Virus record (IMG/VR): IMGVR_UViG_3300032053_000093
Coordinates: 1-56,080 of that record
Reading direction: 5' to 3' (one strand)
Length of the DNA: 56,080 nt
Source: a virus
Lineage: Duplodnaviria > Caudoviricetes
In this document: positions 25,784 through 35,354 of the stretch, one piece after another
Layout: each line of letters opens with the position of its first letter
Position numbering within the stretch: position 1 is the first letter of the stretch
Notes under the pieces: generated by a model
The model's database searches: none
What the model was told of the DNA's origin: nothing
The model's input: the letters and a program-made list of their open reading frames with translations, nothing else
Made by a program: the position numbers and the translations under genes

Positions 25784-26194
25784 ATGATGGCGGATAAGGT
25801 CACACGTCGGGGGTTGCTGGGCCGTGGGTTTGCGCTTGTTGCGGGGCTGTGGGGGGTGAAGATGTTGCCAGCTCAGGAAGTCAAGGGGCGTTCGGATGTG
25901 ATGAGTCTTCGCAAGCCTCTTACTGATCGAGAAAGGCGACTGTATGAGGACTTGAACAAGGTTATGCCCTCGTTGGGCAGGCCTCCTTATTGGTATTCGG
26001 TTAATTGGGTTGACGATGACAATGACGGAAAGACTTTTCGCACCCGTTGTGCTGTGTTTTCAATTAAGGATGTAGCCAAGGTTTTTGATGCCTTGATGAG
26101 AATGAAAGCCAATGACATAGTAACGCGAGTGTTTGTTGGTTGTCGTGTGCGCCTTCACGGTTGTCCCATGTGCGGGAACGAAAGAGGCAGATGA
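25784..26194 (+). CDS. Hypothetical protein with twin-arginine (Tat-like) N-terminus
   Basis: MMADKVTRRGLLGRGFALVAGLWGVKMLPA-QE; C-terminal CxxC. Confidence 0.6.
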   Translation: MMADKVTRRGLLGRGFALVAGLWGVKMLPAQEVKGRSDVMSLRKPLTDRERRLYEDLNKVMPSLGRPPYWYSVNWVDDDNDGKTFRTRCAVFSIKDVAKVFDALMRMKANDIVTRVFVGCRVRLHGCPMCGNERGR

Positions 26195-26272
26195 TGTCGG
26201 ATCAGATCACACGTCGAGAAGCAGGTTGCACCAAGTAGCATGACATAGCAGTTGGGCGTTCTTGGATTTCCC

Positions 26273-26315
26273 AAGCCCCATTTCCGCCAAGCGCGGGGAT
26301 GGGGCTTTTTCTTTT
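26273..26315 (+). terminator. Intrinsic terminator upstream of portal
   Basis: AAGCCCCAT...ATGGGGCTT stem followed by TTTCTTTT. Confidence 0.7.
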
Positions 26316-26333
26316 GCGCCGGAGACAACTCAG

Positions 26334-28382
26334 ATGGAACAAGCTCAAGTACAGCCTCTCACTTTCCGCAAATTCTCCAACCCACCCCCGCAGGAGGAGT
26401 CTCCGGCGCAAATTCAGATTCTGGACGGCCTTACGGCGTTCATCATGGCGAAGTTTTCCGAGGCGATGGATTTCAAGGACAGCTTCGTTACGAACCTGCT
26501 TTTGCAATCGGACCGGCAGGTCCGGGGCGAATATGAGCCGGCCAAATTGGCGAAGATCAAGGCGCTCGGCGGAAGTGAGACGTTCTGGAACGTCACGGCG
26601 TCCAAGTGCAACACGTTCGTTGCATGGGTAATGAGCGAACTGAACCCGTATCGGAAGAAACCGTTTAAGTTCACACCGACGCCAGTTCCGTCGCTCCCCG
26701 ATGAAGACATTCAAAACATGCTTCAGCAAGTACATGCGCAGTTGGACATGGTGGCGCAGACGACGGGTCAGTTTGCGGTGGAGGCGGATATTCAGGCGGC
26801 GACAGACGCGGTTATCGAAGCGTTTGAGAAGAAGGCCCGCGAGCGCATAGAGAAGATGGAAAAAGTCGTCAGTGATCAGATGATCGAGGGCGGTTTCTAT
26901 AACGCGCTGGAACAGGCTCTCCGGGACATGGCCATTTTCCCGTTCTGTGTTTTGAAGGGGCCGATGATTCGCGCTTCCAAGATACTGAACTGGGAGAACA
27001 AGGCCATCGTGCCGAAGGTGGTTTTGCGCCCGGAGTGGTATGGTGTCTCGCCTTATGACATTCTCTGGGACCCTCACGCTCGCAACATCGGCGATGGTTA
27101 TATCATCGAGATCGTAACCTGGGTCCCGTCGCAGTTGTACGACATGCGCGGGGTTGAGGGCTACAACACCAAGGCGATTGACGCCGTGCTTGCCGCTGGG
27201 CCGGGGGGGAACCGGGTGTATCGGAAGGACTCGACCGGGGCCAGCACGATTGCCACGCTTCAACACCAGCCGCAACCCGTGGGGGATACGTACACGCGGG
27301 ACCAGATCGAGAGTTTGGAATTCTGGGGATCGGTTCAGGGCCAGTTGCTTCAGGAATGGGGAATGCCGGAAGAGAAGGTCCCGGACCCCATGAAGTATTA
27401 CGACGTGTGCGCTCTCTTGGTGGGGGAGCACGTTGTTCGCGCTATTCTGAACCCAGACCCGCTTGGTGAAAAACCCTACTACGCGACCAGTTACAAGAAG
27501 ACGCGCGGCGTGCTCGGCCAGGCAATACCGGATTTGATTCGGTATCTTCAGAATGCTTACAACGCGACCATGCGGGCATTGATGAACAACCAAGCCTTTG
27601 CCAGTTTGAGCATGATGGCCGCCGATATGAGTTGCCTGAGCGCGGACGATATCGCGGCCATTCGCACCCCCACGCCGGGCAAGGTCATTCTCTACGATGG
27701 GTCGAAATTCGGCAGCGTGACGCGAAGGGCGATGGAGTGGTTCCAGCCGCAGGACAACTCCGCCTCGTTGCTCAATACGTCACAGGTGATTCAGAACGAG
27801 ATTGACGACGCGAGCCTTGTGCCGCGCTTTGCAAGCGGCGCGTCAAACATGAGCGGTGCGGCGGACACTTCCTCCGGTCTGGCGCAGTTGACGGATATGT
27901 TCTCGAAGGGGGTTGCTGATTCAATCTGCAATCTGGACCGGGATGTCATTGGGCCGAGCGTTACCCGGATGTATCGCTGGAATCTGAAGAATCACCCGGA
28001 CGAAGGGATCAAGGGCGACGCCCAAATCATTCCGGGCACGGCGCAACAGAACATTCAGTATCGTCAGGCACTCCGGTATCAGTTGGAGTTCTTGGACCGC
28101 ACGAATAACCCGACGGACATTCAGATCATCGGTATTGAGGGGCGGCGGCGCGTCCATGAGGCCGCAGCGGAACTTCTCCAAATCCCGCCGCATGAGGTTG
28201 TGCCGACGACAGAAGAGTTGGCGAGACGGATGCAGCGCGAGGCGCAGGCCGCCGTGCAGCCGATGGGATCGTCGCGGGCGATTCCGGGGGAGGGAGAACC
28301 GCACCCGGCGGAAGGGGCGGCGCGGAATCAGGGACAGATGCTTGGGCGGGGCAGTACGCCGCCCGGAAAGAATATGCCATGA
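26334..28382 (+). CDS. Portal protein
   Basis: 682 aa after TerL; VLKGP, VSPYDILWDP, LEFWGSVQG, RAILNPDPLG.KPY, TSSGLAQL motifs of podoviral portals. Confidence 0.88.
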   Translation: MEQAQVQPLTFRKFSNPPPQEESPAQIQILDGLTAFIMAKFSEAMDFKDSFVTNLLLQSDRQVRGEYEPAKLAKIKALGGSETFWNVTASKCNTFVAWVMSELNPYRKKPFKFTPTPVPSLPDEDIQNMLQQVHAQLDMVAQTTGQFAVEADIQAATDAVIEAFEKKARERIEKMEKVVSDQMIEGGFYNALEQALRDMAIFPFCVLKGPMIRASKILNWENKAIVPKVVLRPEWYGVSPYDILWDPHARNIGDGYIIEIVTWVPSQLYDMRGVEGYNTKAIDAVLAAGPGGNRVYRKDSTGASTIATLQHQPQPVGDTYTRDQIESLEFWGSVQGQLLQEWGMPEEKVPDPMKYYDVCALLVGEHVVRAILNPDPLGEKPYYATSYKKTRGVLGQAIPDLIRYLQNAYNATMRALMNNQAFASLSMMAADMSCLSADDIAAIRTPTPGKVILYDGSKFGSVTRRAMEWFQPQDNSASLLNTSQVIQNEIDDASLVPRFASGASNMSGAADTSSGLAQLTDMFSKGVADSICNLDRDVIGPSVTRMYRWNLKNHPDEGIKGDAQIIPGTAQQNIQYRQALRYQLEFLDRTNNPTDIQIIGIEGRRRVHEAAAELLQIPPHEVVPTTEELARRMQREAQAAVQPMGSSRAIPGEGEPHPAEGAARNQGQMLGRGSTPPGKNMP

Positions 28383-28675
28383 ACATTACCATTCGAGTGA
28401 CAGAGGAAGAGGCGAAGGACATCCGCAACAACGCGGACAATCGAGGCGTTCGCGCCATTCTCAGCGTCCTTGCCCGCGCAAAAGACAACCATTTGTCCGC
28501 CTTGCTCAGCATACCCGTTGACACTGATGCCGCGCTGTGGGCGTTGCGCGGGGGGGCGCAAGGAGTGGACGCACTCTGCCGACTTTTTGCGGAGAGCCTT
28601 GAGAACAAAGGAAGCAACCCCGGAACACCGGACGAACCGACTCCGGGACAAACCATAATCCAGAACACCGATTAA
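28379..28675 (+). CDS. Small head-module protein
   Basis: ATGA overlap with portal; helical; conserved position. Confidence 0.6.
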   Translation: MNITIRVTEEEAKDIRNNADNRGVRAILSVLARAKDNHLSALLSIPVDTDAALWALRGGAQGVDALCRLFAESLENKGSNPGTPDEPTPGQTIIQNTD

Positions 28676-28687
28676 CGCCGACTCTGG

Positions 28688-29755
28688 ATGGAAAGGCGGG
28701 ACATCATGTCCCCAAGTACGTTCACAGAAGAAGAGCTGGACAGAATGCCAGCACAGGTGCGCGCGCAGTACGAAGCCGTCAACCCCCAGCAGCAGGCTGA
28801 CGCTTCGCCACAAGCGGCTGTCGTTGTTGAGACGCTTTCCACTTCACCGGAGAAAACGGAAGACCAGAAACCTGAGAAGGCCGCTGATTCCGCGCCCGCT
28901 CCTGAAACACGGGAGGTGCCAGAACTGAAGACAGAAAAAGCGCAAGACGCCGGGACTCGGCAGGCTGAGGAAGAGGATTGGGAGCACAAGTACAGGGTAC
29001 TTCAGGGCAAACTTGACAACGCGCGGCAGTCAATGATTGAGCGGCAGGAGAAATGGGAGGGTAAGATTGAACAACTTTCCCAACAGATCGCAGAACTGGC
29101 ACGCCAACGGGGGCAAACAGAACCTCCGGTTGTGCAAACGCCTTCATCTCCGCCTCAAGGTCAAGTTCAACTGACTGCGGAGGAAGAGGAATGGTTCAAG
29201 ACCGATCCAACGCTTCGCACGGCTGTTGAAAAAATCGCGGAATCCAAGGCCAGTCCCTATCAGGAGAAGATTGCCAAGTTGGAATCTGAACTGACTGATT
29301 TGAGGGATACCACCACTCGGTCTCGTTCGACGCAGTTTTGGTCGGATGTCCTTCAGGCCATTCCCGATTACACCGCCTTGATTCAAGACCGGACCTTCAT
29401 GGGTTTACTCTACGAGTACAATCCCGTTTTCGAGAAGACACTCTTTGATGCGGCCCAGAGTGCGCTTGACAACTTCAATCTCAAGCAGCTCGTGGCGGTT
29501 TTCAAGGAAGCGCGGAAGAAGGCGCCGGTCCAGAAACCGGCGGCTTCGCTCGAAAGCGAAGTGATGCCCACGCGCCCCGGTCCCGGTGCTCCCCCTGTCG
29601 TCAAGCGGCCCGAGCGGTACACGTTGGAGCAGTTAAAGAGGCTCCACAACGAATTGCTGCAAGGGGACCTTGGGTCCCCCGAAAGCGTGAAGTTACGCAA
29701 CGAACTTGATGCCGCGGTACGCGAGGGTCGTGTTGAACTTCCATCTACAGGATAA
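28688..29755 (+). CDS. Capsid scaffolding protein
   Basis: Acidic low-complexity N-terminus, WEHKYRVLQGK, coiled coil, C-terminal AVREGRV; immediately before the MCP. Confidence 0.8.
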   Translation: MERRDIMSPSTFTEEELDRMPAQVRAQYEAVNPQQQADASPQAAVVVETLSTSPEKTEDQKPEKAADSAPAPETREVPELKTEKAQDAGTRQAEEEDWEHKYRVLQGKLDNARQSMIERQEKWEGKIEQLSQQIAELARQRGQTEPPVVQTPSSPPQGQVQLTAEEEEWFKTDPTLRTAVEKIAESKASPYQEKIAKLESELTDLRDTTTRSRSTQFWSDVLQAIPDYTALIQDRTFMGLLYEYNPVFEKTLFDAAQSALDNFNLKQLVAVFKEARKKAPVQKPAASLESEVMPTRPGPGAPPVVKRPERYTLEQLKRLHNELLQGDLGSPESVKLRNELDAAVREGRVELPSTG

Positions 29756-29791
29756 AACGTTCCCGACGCCCCGCGGCCGGGAGGAAATACC

Positions 29792-30715
29792 ATGTGTGCT
29801 TACCCGATAGTCCAAGGCGGCTCGTCTCAGAGCGGGATAATGATTCCCGAAATCTGGGCACTTGGATACAACGCTGAATTCTACCTTCGCACTGTGTTCG
29901 GCGAGATTGCCAACACGCGATACCAAGGACAGATCACAAAGCAGGGGGATGCCGTCAACATCATATCTCTGCCCGATGTGTCCGCTGCCATTCACGATCA
30001 CACTGACGAAGAGGATTTGGAAGTGGACATCGTGAAACCGAGCAAACAAACCCTGCTGATTGACAAGGGGAAGTATTTCAACATCAGCCTCTCCGATGTT
30101 CAGGCCGCTCAATCGGCGTACAAGGATTACCCCGAGGCCCTGAAGCGACACTTCGCTCATGCGATGAAGGCCAAGATTGACAAAGAAATCCTGGAAGCCA
30201 TTGTTGCTTCCGGCCACTCTAAGAACATCGGCAACAACACGGGGAACAAGAGTGGCTTGCTGACTCTGGGCGTGACGGGGAGTCCTGTGAACGTCACCGC
30301 ATCGGATGCCATTGTGAAGCTTATTCACTTGGCGGGATGCGCCTTGGATGAGCAGGACATCCCTGACGAAGGTCGGTGGATGGTTCTGCCTGCGCTGGCA
30401 ATCAGTTACATCAAGCAGAGCGATCTGGCGAGCGTCAGCGTATCTGGCGATTCCGTTTCGATGCTGAGGAACGGCAAGTGGGGCATAGTGGATCGGTTCA
30501 CGATCTACATGTCCAACAACGTGTACACGGCTGGCGGGGAATGGTTCCCATTGTTTGGTCACAAGAGCGCCCTGACGTTTGCCGCCCAGGTCACGGTGGC
30601 GGAAAATTTGCGGAACCAGAAGCAGTTCGGCGACCTGTCCCGGTATCTGCATGTGTTTGGCTACAAGGTCGTGAAGGACACGGCACTCGGAACCCTGTGC
30701 ATTGACTACTCGTAA
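29792..30715 (+). CDS. Major capsid protein
   Basis: IPEIW...FY..TVFGEIANT.YQG.I..QGD.V.I, LDEQDIPDEGRW, G.VDRFTIY.SNN, VFGYKVV. Confidence 0.9.
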   Translation: MCAYPIVQGGSSQSGIMIPEIWALGYNAEFYLRTVFGEIANTRYQGQITKQGDAVNIISLPDVSAAIHDHTDEEDLEVDIVKPSKQTLLIDKGKYFNISLSDVQAAQSAYKDYPEALKRHFAHAMKAKIDKEILEAIVASGHSKNIGNNTGNKSGLLTLGVTGSPVNVTASDAIVKLIHLAGCALDEQDIPDEGRWMVLPALAISYIKQSDLASVSVSGDSVSMLRNGKWGIVDRFTIYMSNNVYTAGGEWFPLFGHKSALTFAAQVTVAENLRNQKQFGDLSRYLHVFGYKVVKDTALGTLCIDYS

Positions 30716-30738
30716 GGGTAGCCGGGAAACTCAAGCAA

Positions 30739-30771
30739 TCTCCGGGGGCGGTTCATAGCCGCCCCCGGAGA
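30739..30771 (+). other. Strong hairpin after the capsid gene (stabiliser/attenuator)
   Basis: TCTCCGGGGGCGG/CCGCCCCCGGAGA 13-bp stem, no U-tract. Confidence 0.6.
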
Positions 30772-30798
30772 CAAGTTACATCCAAGGAGGATAAGAAA

Positions 30799-31371
30799 AT
30801 GAACACGATGAAGAAGCACAACGTAACGACCACCCTGTTGTTTCTCGCCATTGCGTTCGTGGTGGGGATAATCGGGATGATCGCGCTGGACAGAAATATG
30901 AGTTCTGCCGCAACCGAGGACCTTCGCCCTGCGGTGGAGGCCGAGCGCGCCAGCATCCCGGCGGTTGGAGTGGGCCAGACGTTTCAGTTGCTCCGGCACG
31001 TGGATTTCGCGGATGACCCGGCGGGTGACCCGGTCACCAGCTACACGATCCTGACGATTCCCATGAACACCTACGTCAGGGCCATTGTCACGAAAGTTAC
31101 ACGGGCGGAAGGCGCGGCGGACGAGTTCGATATCCAGTTTTCCAATCTGACGGCCGAGAGCGAAACGGTAAAGGTGAATGAGGTTTCGCTCGCGACGATC
31201 AATGCGGCCGCGATAACCGCGATTGACGAGATCAAGACCACGGATACCCTCGTGAGCATCAACACGGGGGCCGACGGCGACGGCGGCGGCGCTACAATCC
31301 TGACCGTGGCCGCGGTGGACATCTGGATACTATGCGAGCGGTTGCCCGGCATTTCCGGCGATGAGGATTAA
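30799..31371 (+). CDS. Capsid decoration-like protein with N-terminal signal-peptide-like extension
   Basis: Position after MCP; beta-rich ILTIP.NTYV......VT.AEG domain; N-terminus KKH-hydrophobic-SSA/A. Confidence 0.6.
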   Translation: MNTMKKHNVTTTLLFLAIAFVVGIIGMIALDRNMSSAATEDLRPAVEAERASIPAVGVGQTFQLLRHVDFADDPAGDPVTSYTILTIPMNTYVRAIVTKVTRAEGAADEFDIQFSNLTAESETVKVNEVSLATINAAAITAIDEIKTTDTLVSINTGADGDGGGATILTVAAVDIWILCERLPGISGDED

Positions 31372-31488
31372 CCCGGATTGACGCAATTTGGGGGAGAGGC
31401 GATTGCACGATCACGCAACTCTTGGCTTCACACGCCTCGTTACGCATTCAGCCTCTCCCCTAATTTTTCTGAGTGGAAAGGGAGTGTT

Positions 31489-31737
31489 ATGCCGAAGTAC
31501 CTACGCAAGACACACGCGGACGGGGGCACGTCGTTATGGCCTTACACAGAGGTCCTGGCGACGCAGAAAGGCATGGTCCCTGTCCCGGATACTGAAGATT
31601 CCCAGCTCGTCGAGAAACCGGCCACGCCGGAGCCGGAGGCCGCCCAACCAGAGAAACAGCCCCCACCGGATGACGGGGACGATCTGTTTGTCCCGCTGAA
31701 GCGCGGTCCGGGCAGGCCGCGGAAGAACGTTTTGTAA
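31489..31737 (+). CDS. Small protein with C-terminal AT-hook-like motif
   Basis: ATG after GGGAG; ends KRGPGRPRK. Confidence 0.6.
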   Translation: MPKYLRKTHADGGTSLWPYTEVLATQKGMVPVPDTEDSQLVEKPATPEPEAAQPEKQPPPDDGDDLFVPLKRGPGRPRKNVL

Positions 31738-31749
31738 AGGAGATGGCCG

Positions 31750-31995
31750 ATGCCGACCGTTGTGTGTGTGCCTATCCGATCCCGCGAGTTCGAGTTCGAC
31801 AATGACGACTTGGTGGAGGGGGTGCTGACGTTGGAGCATGGGCTGCACTGCAATGCACCGTCCGTGCCGGTCTATGACAACAACGGGGGGTTGGTGATCG
31901 TGGCGCCGAAGGTGGTGGATGAGGACACGGTGGAGGTGGATTTGACGAATGCTCTGCCCATTGCGGGCACTTGGAGAGCGAGTGTGTTGACATAG
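31750..31995 (+). CDS. Small beta-rich virion-associated protein
   Basis: LEHGL...PSV.VYDNNG...VVDEDTVEV...GTWRA pattern seen next to tail-fibre genes. Confidence 0.55.
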   Translation: MPTVVCVPIRSREFEFDNDDLVEGVLTLEHGLHCNAPSVPVYDNNGGLVIVAPKVVDEDTVEVDLTNALPIAGTWRASVLT

Positions 31996-32007
31996 GGGGG
32001 GAGAAAG

Positions 32008-35000
32008 ATGCGGAACTTGAGGATGATCCTACGGGCTGGCGTGATGCTGGCCTTTTTCATTTTGAGTGGGGCGACTTGGGGGGCGACCGTGCTTCCGGTG
32101 ATCCCGAATCAACATCTTCGGGGGAGCCTGGGGGTGGATGGGGCTACGAGTTTGACGACGCTTCAGGTGAGCGGGGCGACGACGTTGACGGCGCTGTCGG
32201 TGCAGAACCTGCGCTATCCGGCGACGGATGGCACGGCGGGGCAGGCGATTGTGACGGACGGGGCCGGGGACTTGAGTTTTGACAATCCGCCGAACGTTCA
32301 CAACGAGCTCCATGCGATGACTAGCGAGCTGGCGCACGAGGGCAGTCCGCGAGTGATATTCTACTCGGACGCGGATGGGCATATTCAGGAACGCGCACTT
32401 AATGTCCAGGCGGAATATGAGACGCCGTGGTTTTTGGTGGACACGGGCGGCGTTGGCAGTCCGGGGTTGGTGCGGTTGACCGTTGCGGATATTCCGGCGG
32501 CGATTGCGCGGGATTCGGAATTGCACACCCGCAGCCACACGATGACCGGTACGAGCGACCACACGGCGGGGAACTGGAAGATTTTCTACACGAACGGCAG
32601 TGGGCAGGTGGTGGAACTGCTTACCGGCGCGAGTTACTACATTTTGACGGGGAATGGCACCGCTGCTGCCCCGTCTTGGCAATCCTTTTTGACATTGATG
32701 TTGGCGTTGGATGGGGCCGCAAGTGGGTTGGATGCGGACCTTTTGGACGGGCAACATGGGGCATATTATCAGCCTTTGATTGCTGCCGGAACCACGGCGC
32801 AATACTGGCGCGGCGACAAGAGTTGGCAAACCCTTTCGTACACGAATGTCAGTGGCACTCACCCGATGACTGCTACGCACACGTCCGGGAACAACAAGGT
32901 TTTTTACGGAAGTAGCACGGGGGTTTTGACGGAACTGGCATTGGGGGCGGATGGGACTTTCTTGGAGGCTAAGGGGACTACTTCCTCGCCGGTTTTTGCG
33001 GCGTTGACGGATACGGTGATCCCGGATGCGATCACGGTTTCGAGTTCAGGGACGGTGGCTCCGGGGGCGATCAAGGGGTCGGGGACAATTGGGGAGGCTT
33101 ACATTGACCCTCTGATTGCCCGGCTCACGGACCTGGACACGAGCACGACGGTTTTCATTCGGAACGATGTGACGGCGGCACAGACGATGATCGGGACGCT
33201 GGCGATGCCGGGGCTGGCGGTGGGGGAGTCCACGACTGCGCCCGCGCCGGGGCAGGTGAAGGCGGTGAGCAGCACGGGTGCGGGAGTGTTTACTTCAATT
33301 CAGAAAAATGCCACAGGGCCAACGAGTCAAGGTCCGAGCCTCGGAACAATAGCAACGGATGTGGACGGGGCCTATTGGGTAGACGATAACAACATTTTAC
33401 TGGCGGATGGGGCCTATGCTTATTCAACAACCCCAAGATCACGGATAAGATCAACCGGGATGACCTGGACAATTCCATCTGGCGCAGTATTCAGTGGTGT
33501 TGAGATCACCGTAAATGCGAAGTATGCCGGGATCAGCCGCGTTTTACATGCTCGTGTTGTTGATGACACGGGAGTCTATCTGACGGCGGATTCCTACCAA
33601 TCCATCACGACCGATTTTGCTACCTACACTTTCGGGGGGGCGGGCAATTTGTTGGGAGCAACGCAGTCCGGTCTTGCGGCATTCTATGATGCGAGCAAGA
33701 AAGCGGATTGTGGCGTGCAGATTTACGCCGCGTCAGGAACGGGCACGACGGTTTATGTGGACTGGATCAAGTTGAAGTTTTATTACTCCGTGTCGGGCAC
33801 GGATCAGATTTGGAGCGCGGGGACGAATTCGAGCGGGAACTGGGTAGTTGCGAAGGCGAATGATCTGACAAGCGGGACGGCCTTGACGTTGGCGCAGGCG
33901 ACGCGGAACGCGACTTTCACGGGGACCATAAACACGACGGGGGGCGTGTTCGAGGACACCGACGCCGAAGACCTGGTGCTGAGGACGAACTCTCAGGAGA
34001 ATCAATTGGTGTTGAACAGCACGGGCGGGTACGTGGGGATCGGGACGGCGGCTCCGTCTTACGCATTGACCGTAGCAGGTTTGATCTACGCGACTGCTGG
34101 TGTTTACTCCGCGACGATTAACTATGCCCCATCGGTATATGCTACGGGAACTTTTGTCAGCACTATTCCGACTGTAACATATCGTAGCACGGCTATCTTA
34201 GGCGCGATGGGATTACGCAACGGCGCGCAAGCAGTAAATGCTGGGTACAACTGTGTGGGGTTGTATTCCGCGCCAGCATTCACGGAAGCTGGGTCGGACA
34301 AGCACAAGTTGCTAGCAGGAGCAGGGTTTTTTATACCGACAATCACAAATGCTGGGGCAACAGTCTCGCATACAGCAAACGTGTACATAGAGGGAGCGCC
34401 GTCCGCAACGGGGGCAGCGGGGAACTATGCGCTTTGGGTAGATGCTGGAAACGTGAGAATTGATGAGGACGTGCTAACATCCGGTAGTATTAAGTTAGCT
34501 ACCGATGGTAGCGGCACTCTAGATATAAATGGGACTACGCGGCTTGATGCAAGCGGGAACGCGACGCTGGGAACGGTGGCCTCTGGGGCTGTTACGATAA
34601 CAGGAGCTGCTGGCTCTCCGACGACCCCTGCTAATCCGCTTGAGATTTCGACCGCAAAAGACGCGGGTGTGGATGTAAACCCAAGCCTGAAATACTATCA
34701 GGCGGATGTAACCACGGCTGATGCGACGGTGACTACGATCCTGACGATTCCGATTCCGCAATATAGTGTTTGCACCATCCAGGTGACGATCAATGGAGTA
34801 TGGGCGACAGATGCCAGCAAGGGCGCAGGATACATCGGAGCGGCGACTTATACTAACCAGGCTGGCACGGCAACGCCTATCGGTACAGCTACAGCAATTG
34901 CCGGCCACGAATCCGATGCGGCGCACGACTACACCTTTGCGTTCAGCAGTGGCAATGCACTTGTGAGGGTGACCGGGAAAGCAGCCACAAGTATGAAGTG

Positions 35001-35049
35001 GAGCGCGACGGCAACGCGGCACATTGTGGGGAACGGAGCGGCGGATTAA
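32008..35049 (+). CDS. Tail fibre / receptor-binding protein with signal-peptide-like N-terminus
   Basis: 1013 aa G/T/A/S-rich; SGLDADLLDGQHG, QYWRGDKSWQTL and GYVGIGTAAP fibre motifs. Confidence 0.8.
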   Translation: MRNLRMILRAGVMLAFFILSGATWGATVLPVIPNQHLRGSLGVDGATSLTTLQVSGATTLTALSVQNLRYPATDGTAGQAIVTDGAGDLSFDNPPNVHNELHAMTSELAHEGSPRVIFYSDADGHIQERALNVQAEYETPWFLVDTGGVGSPGLVRLTVADIPAAIARDSELHTRSHTMTGTSDHTAGNWKIFYTNGSGQVVELLTGASYYILTGNGTAAAPSWQSFLTLMLALDGAASGLDADLLDGQHGAYYQPLIAAGTTAQYWRGDKSWQTLSYTNVSGTHPMTATHTSGNNKVFYGSSTGVLTELALGADGTFLEAKGTTSSPVFAALTDTVIPDAITVSSSGTVAPGAIKGSGTIGEAYIDPLIARLTDLDTSTTVFIRNDVTAAQTMIGTLAMPGLAVGESTTAPAPGQVKAVSSTGAGVFTSIQKNATGPTSQGPSLGTIATDVDGAYWVDDNNILLADGAYAYSTTPRSRIRSTGMTWTIPSGAVFSGVEITVNAKYAGISRVLHARVVDDTGVYLTADSYQSITTDFATYTFGGAGNLLGATQSGLAAFYDASKKADCGVQIYAASGTGTTVYVDWIKLKFYYSVSGTDQIWSAGTNSSGNWVVAKANDLTSGTALTLAQATRNATFTGTINTTGGVFEDTDAEDLVLRTNSQENQLVLNSTGGYVGIGTAAPSYALTVAGLIYATAGVYSATINYAPSVYATGTFVSTIPTVTYRSTAILGAMGLRNGAQAVNAGYNCVGLYSAPAFTEAGSDKHKLLAGAGFFIPTITNAGATVSHTANVYIEGAPSATGAAGNYALWVDAGNVRIDEDVLTSGSIKLATDGSGTLDINGTTRLDASGNATLGTVASGAVTITGAAGSPTTPANPLEISTAKDAGVDVNPSLKYYQADVTTADATVTTILTIPIPQYSVCTIQVTINGVWATDASKGAGYIGAATYTNQAGTATPIGTATAIAGHESDAAHDYTFAFSSGNALVRVTGKAATSMKWSATATRHIVGNGAAD

Positions 35050-35088
35050 GAGGTGAAACTGACGGCGCACGGGATATAGGAGGGGGCA

Positions 35089-35322
35089 ATGCGGAAACTG
35101 GAAAACGGAACTCTGACGTGGGGCACCATCGTGACGATCATCCTGTCGCTGCTGGGGGCCGGTGTTTTCCAGGTGACGGTAAATGCCCGGCACCAGGCGC
35201 AGTTGGAGGCGCTGTCGGTTCTGAATCTGAAACGGGATCGTTGGGAGCAGAGGATAGAGGCGAAATTGGACAAGGCGCTTGAGATGCTGTACACGCGCAC
35301 GAGCGATGGGGTGAAGAAATAG
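35089..35322 (+). CDS. Small membrane protein (holin-like, TM + coiled coil)
   Basis: WGTIVTIILSLLGAGVF then RIEAKLDK. Confidence 0.55.
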   Translation: MRKLENGTLTWGTIVTIILSLLGAGVFQVTVNARHQAQLEALSVLNLKRDRWEQRIEAKLDKALEMLYTRTSDGVKK

Positions 35323-35354
35323 GAAGCGGGGGCGTCTGAGGGGGTGACAGGACA

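Noticed and set aside
26202-27593. 463-aa minus-strand ORF
   Set aside because: Shadow of the portal gene
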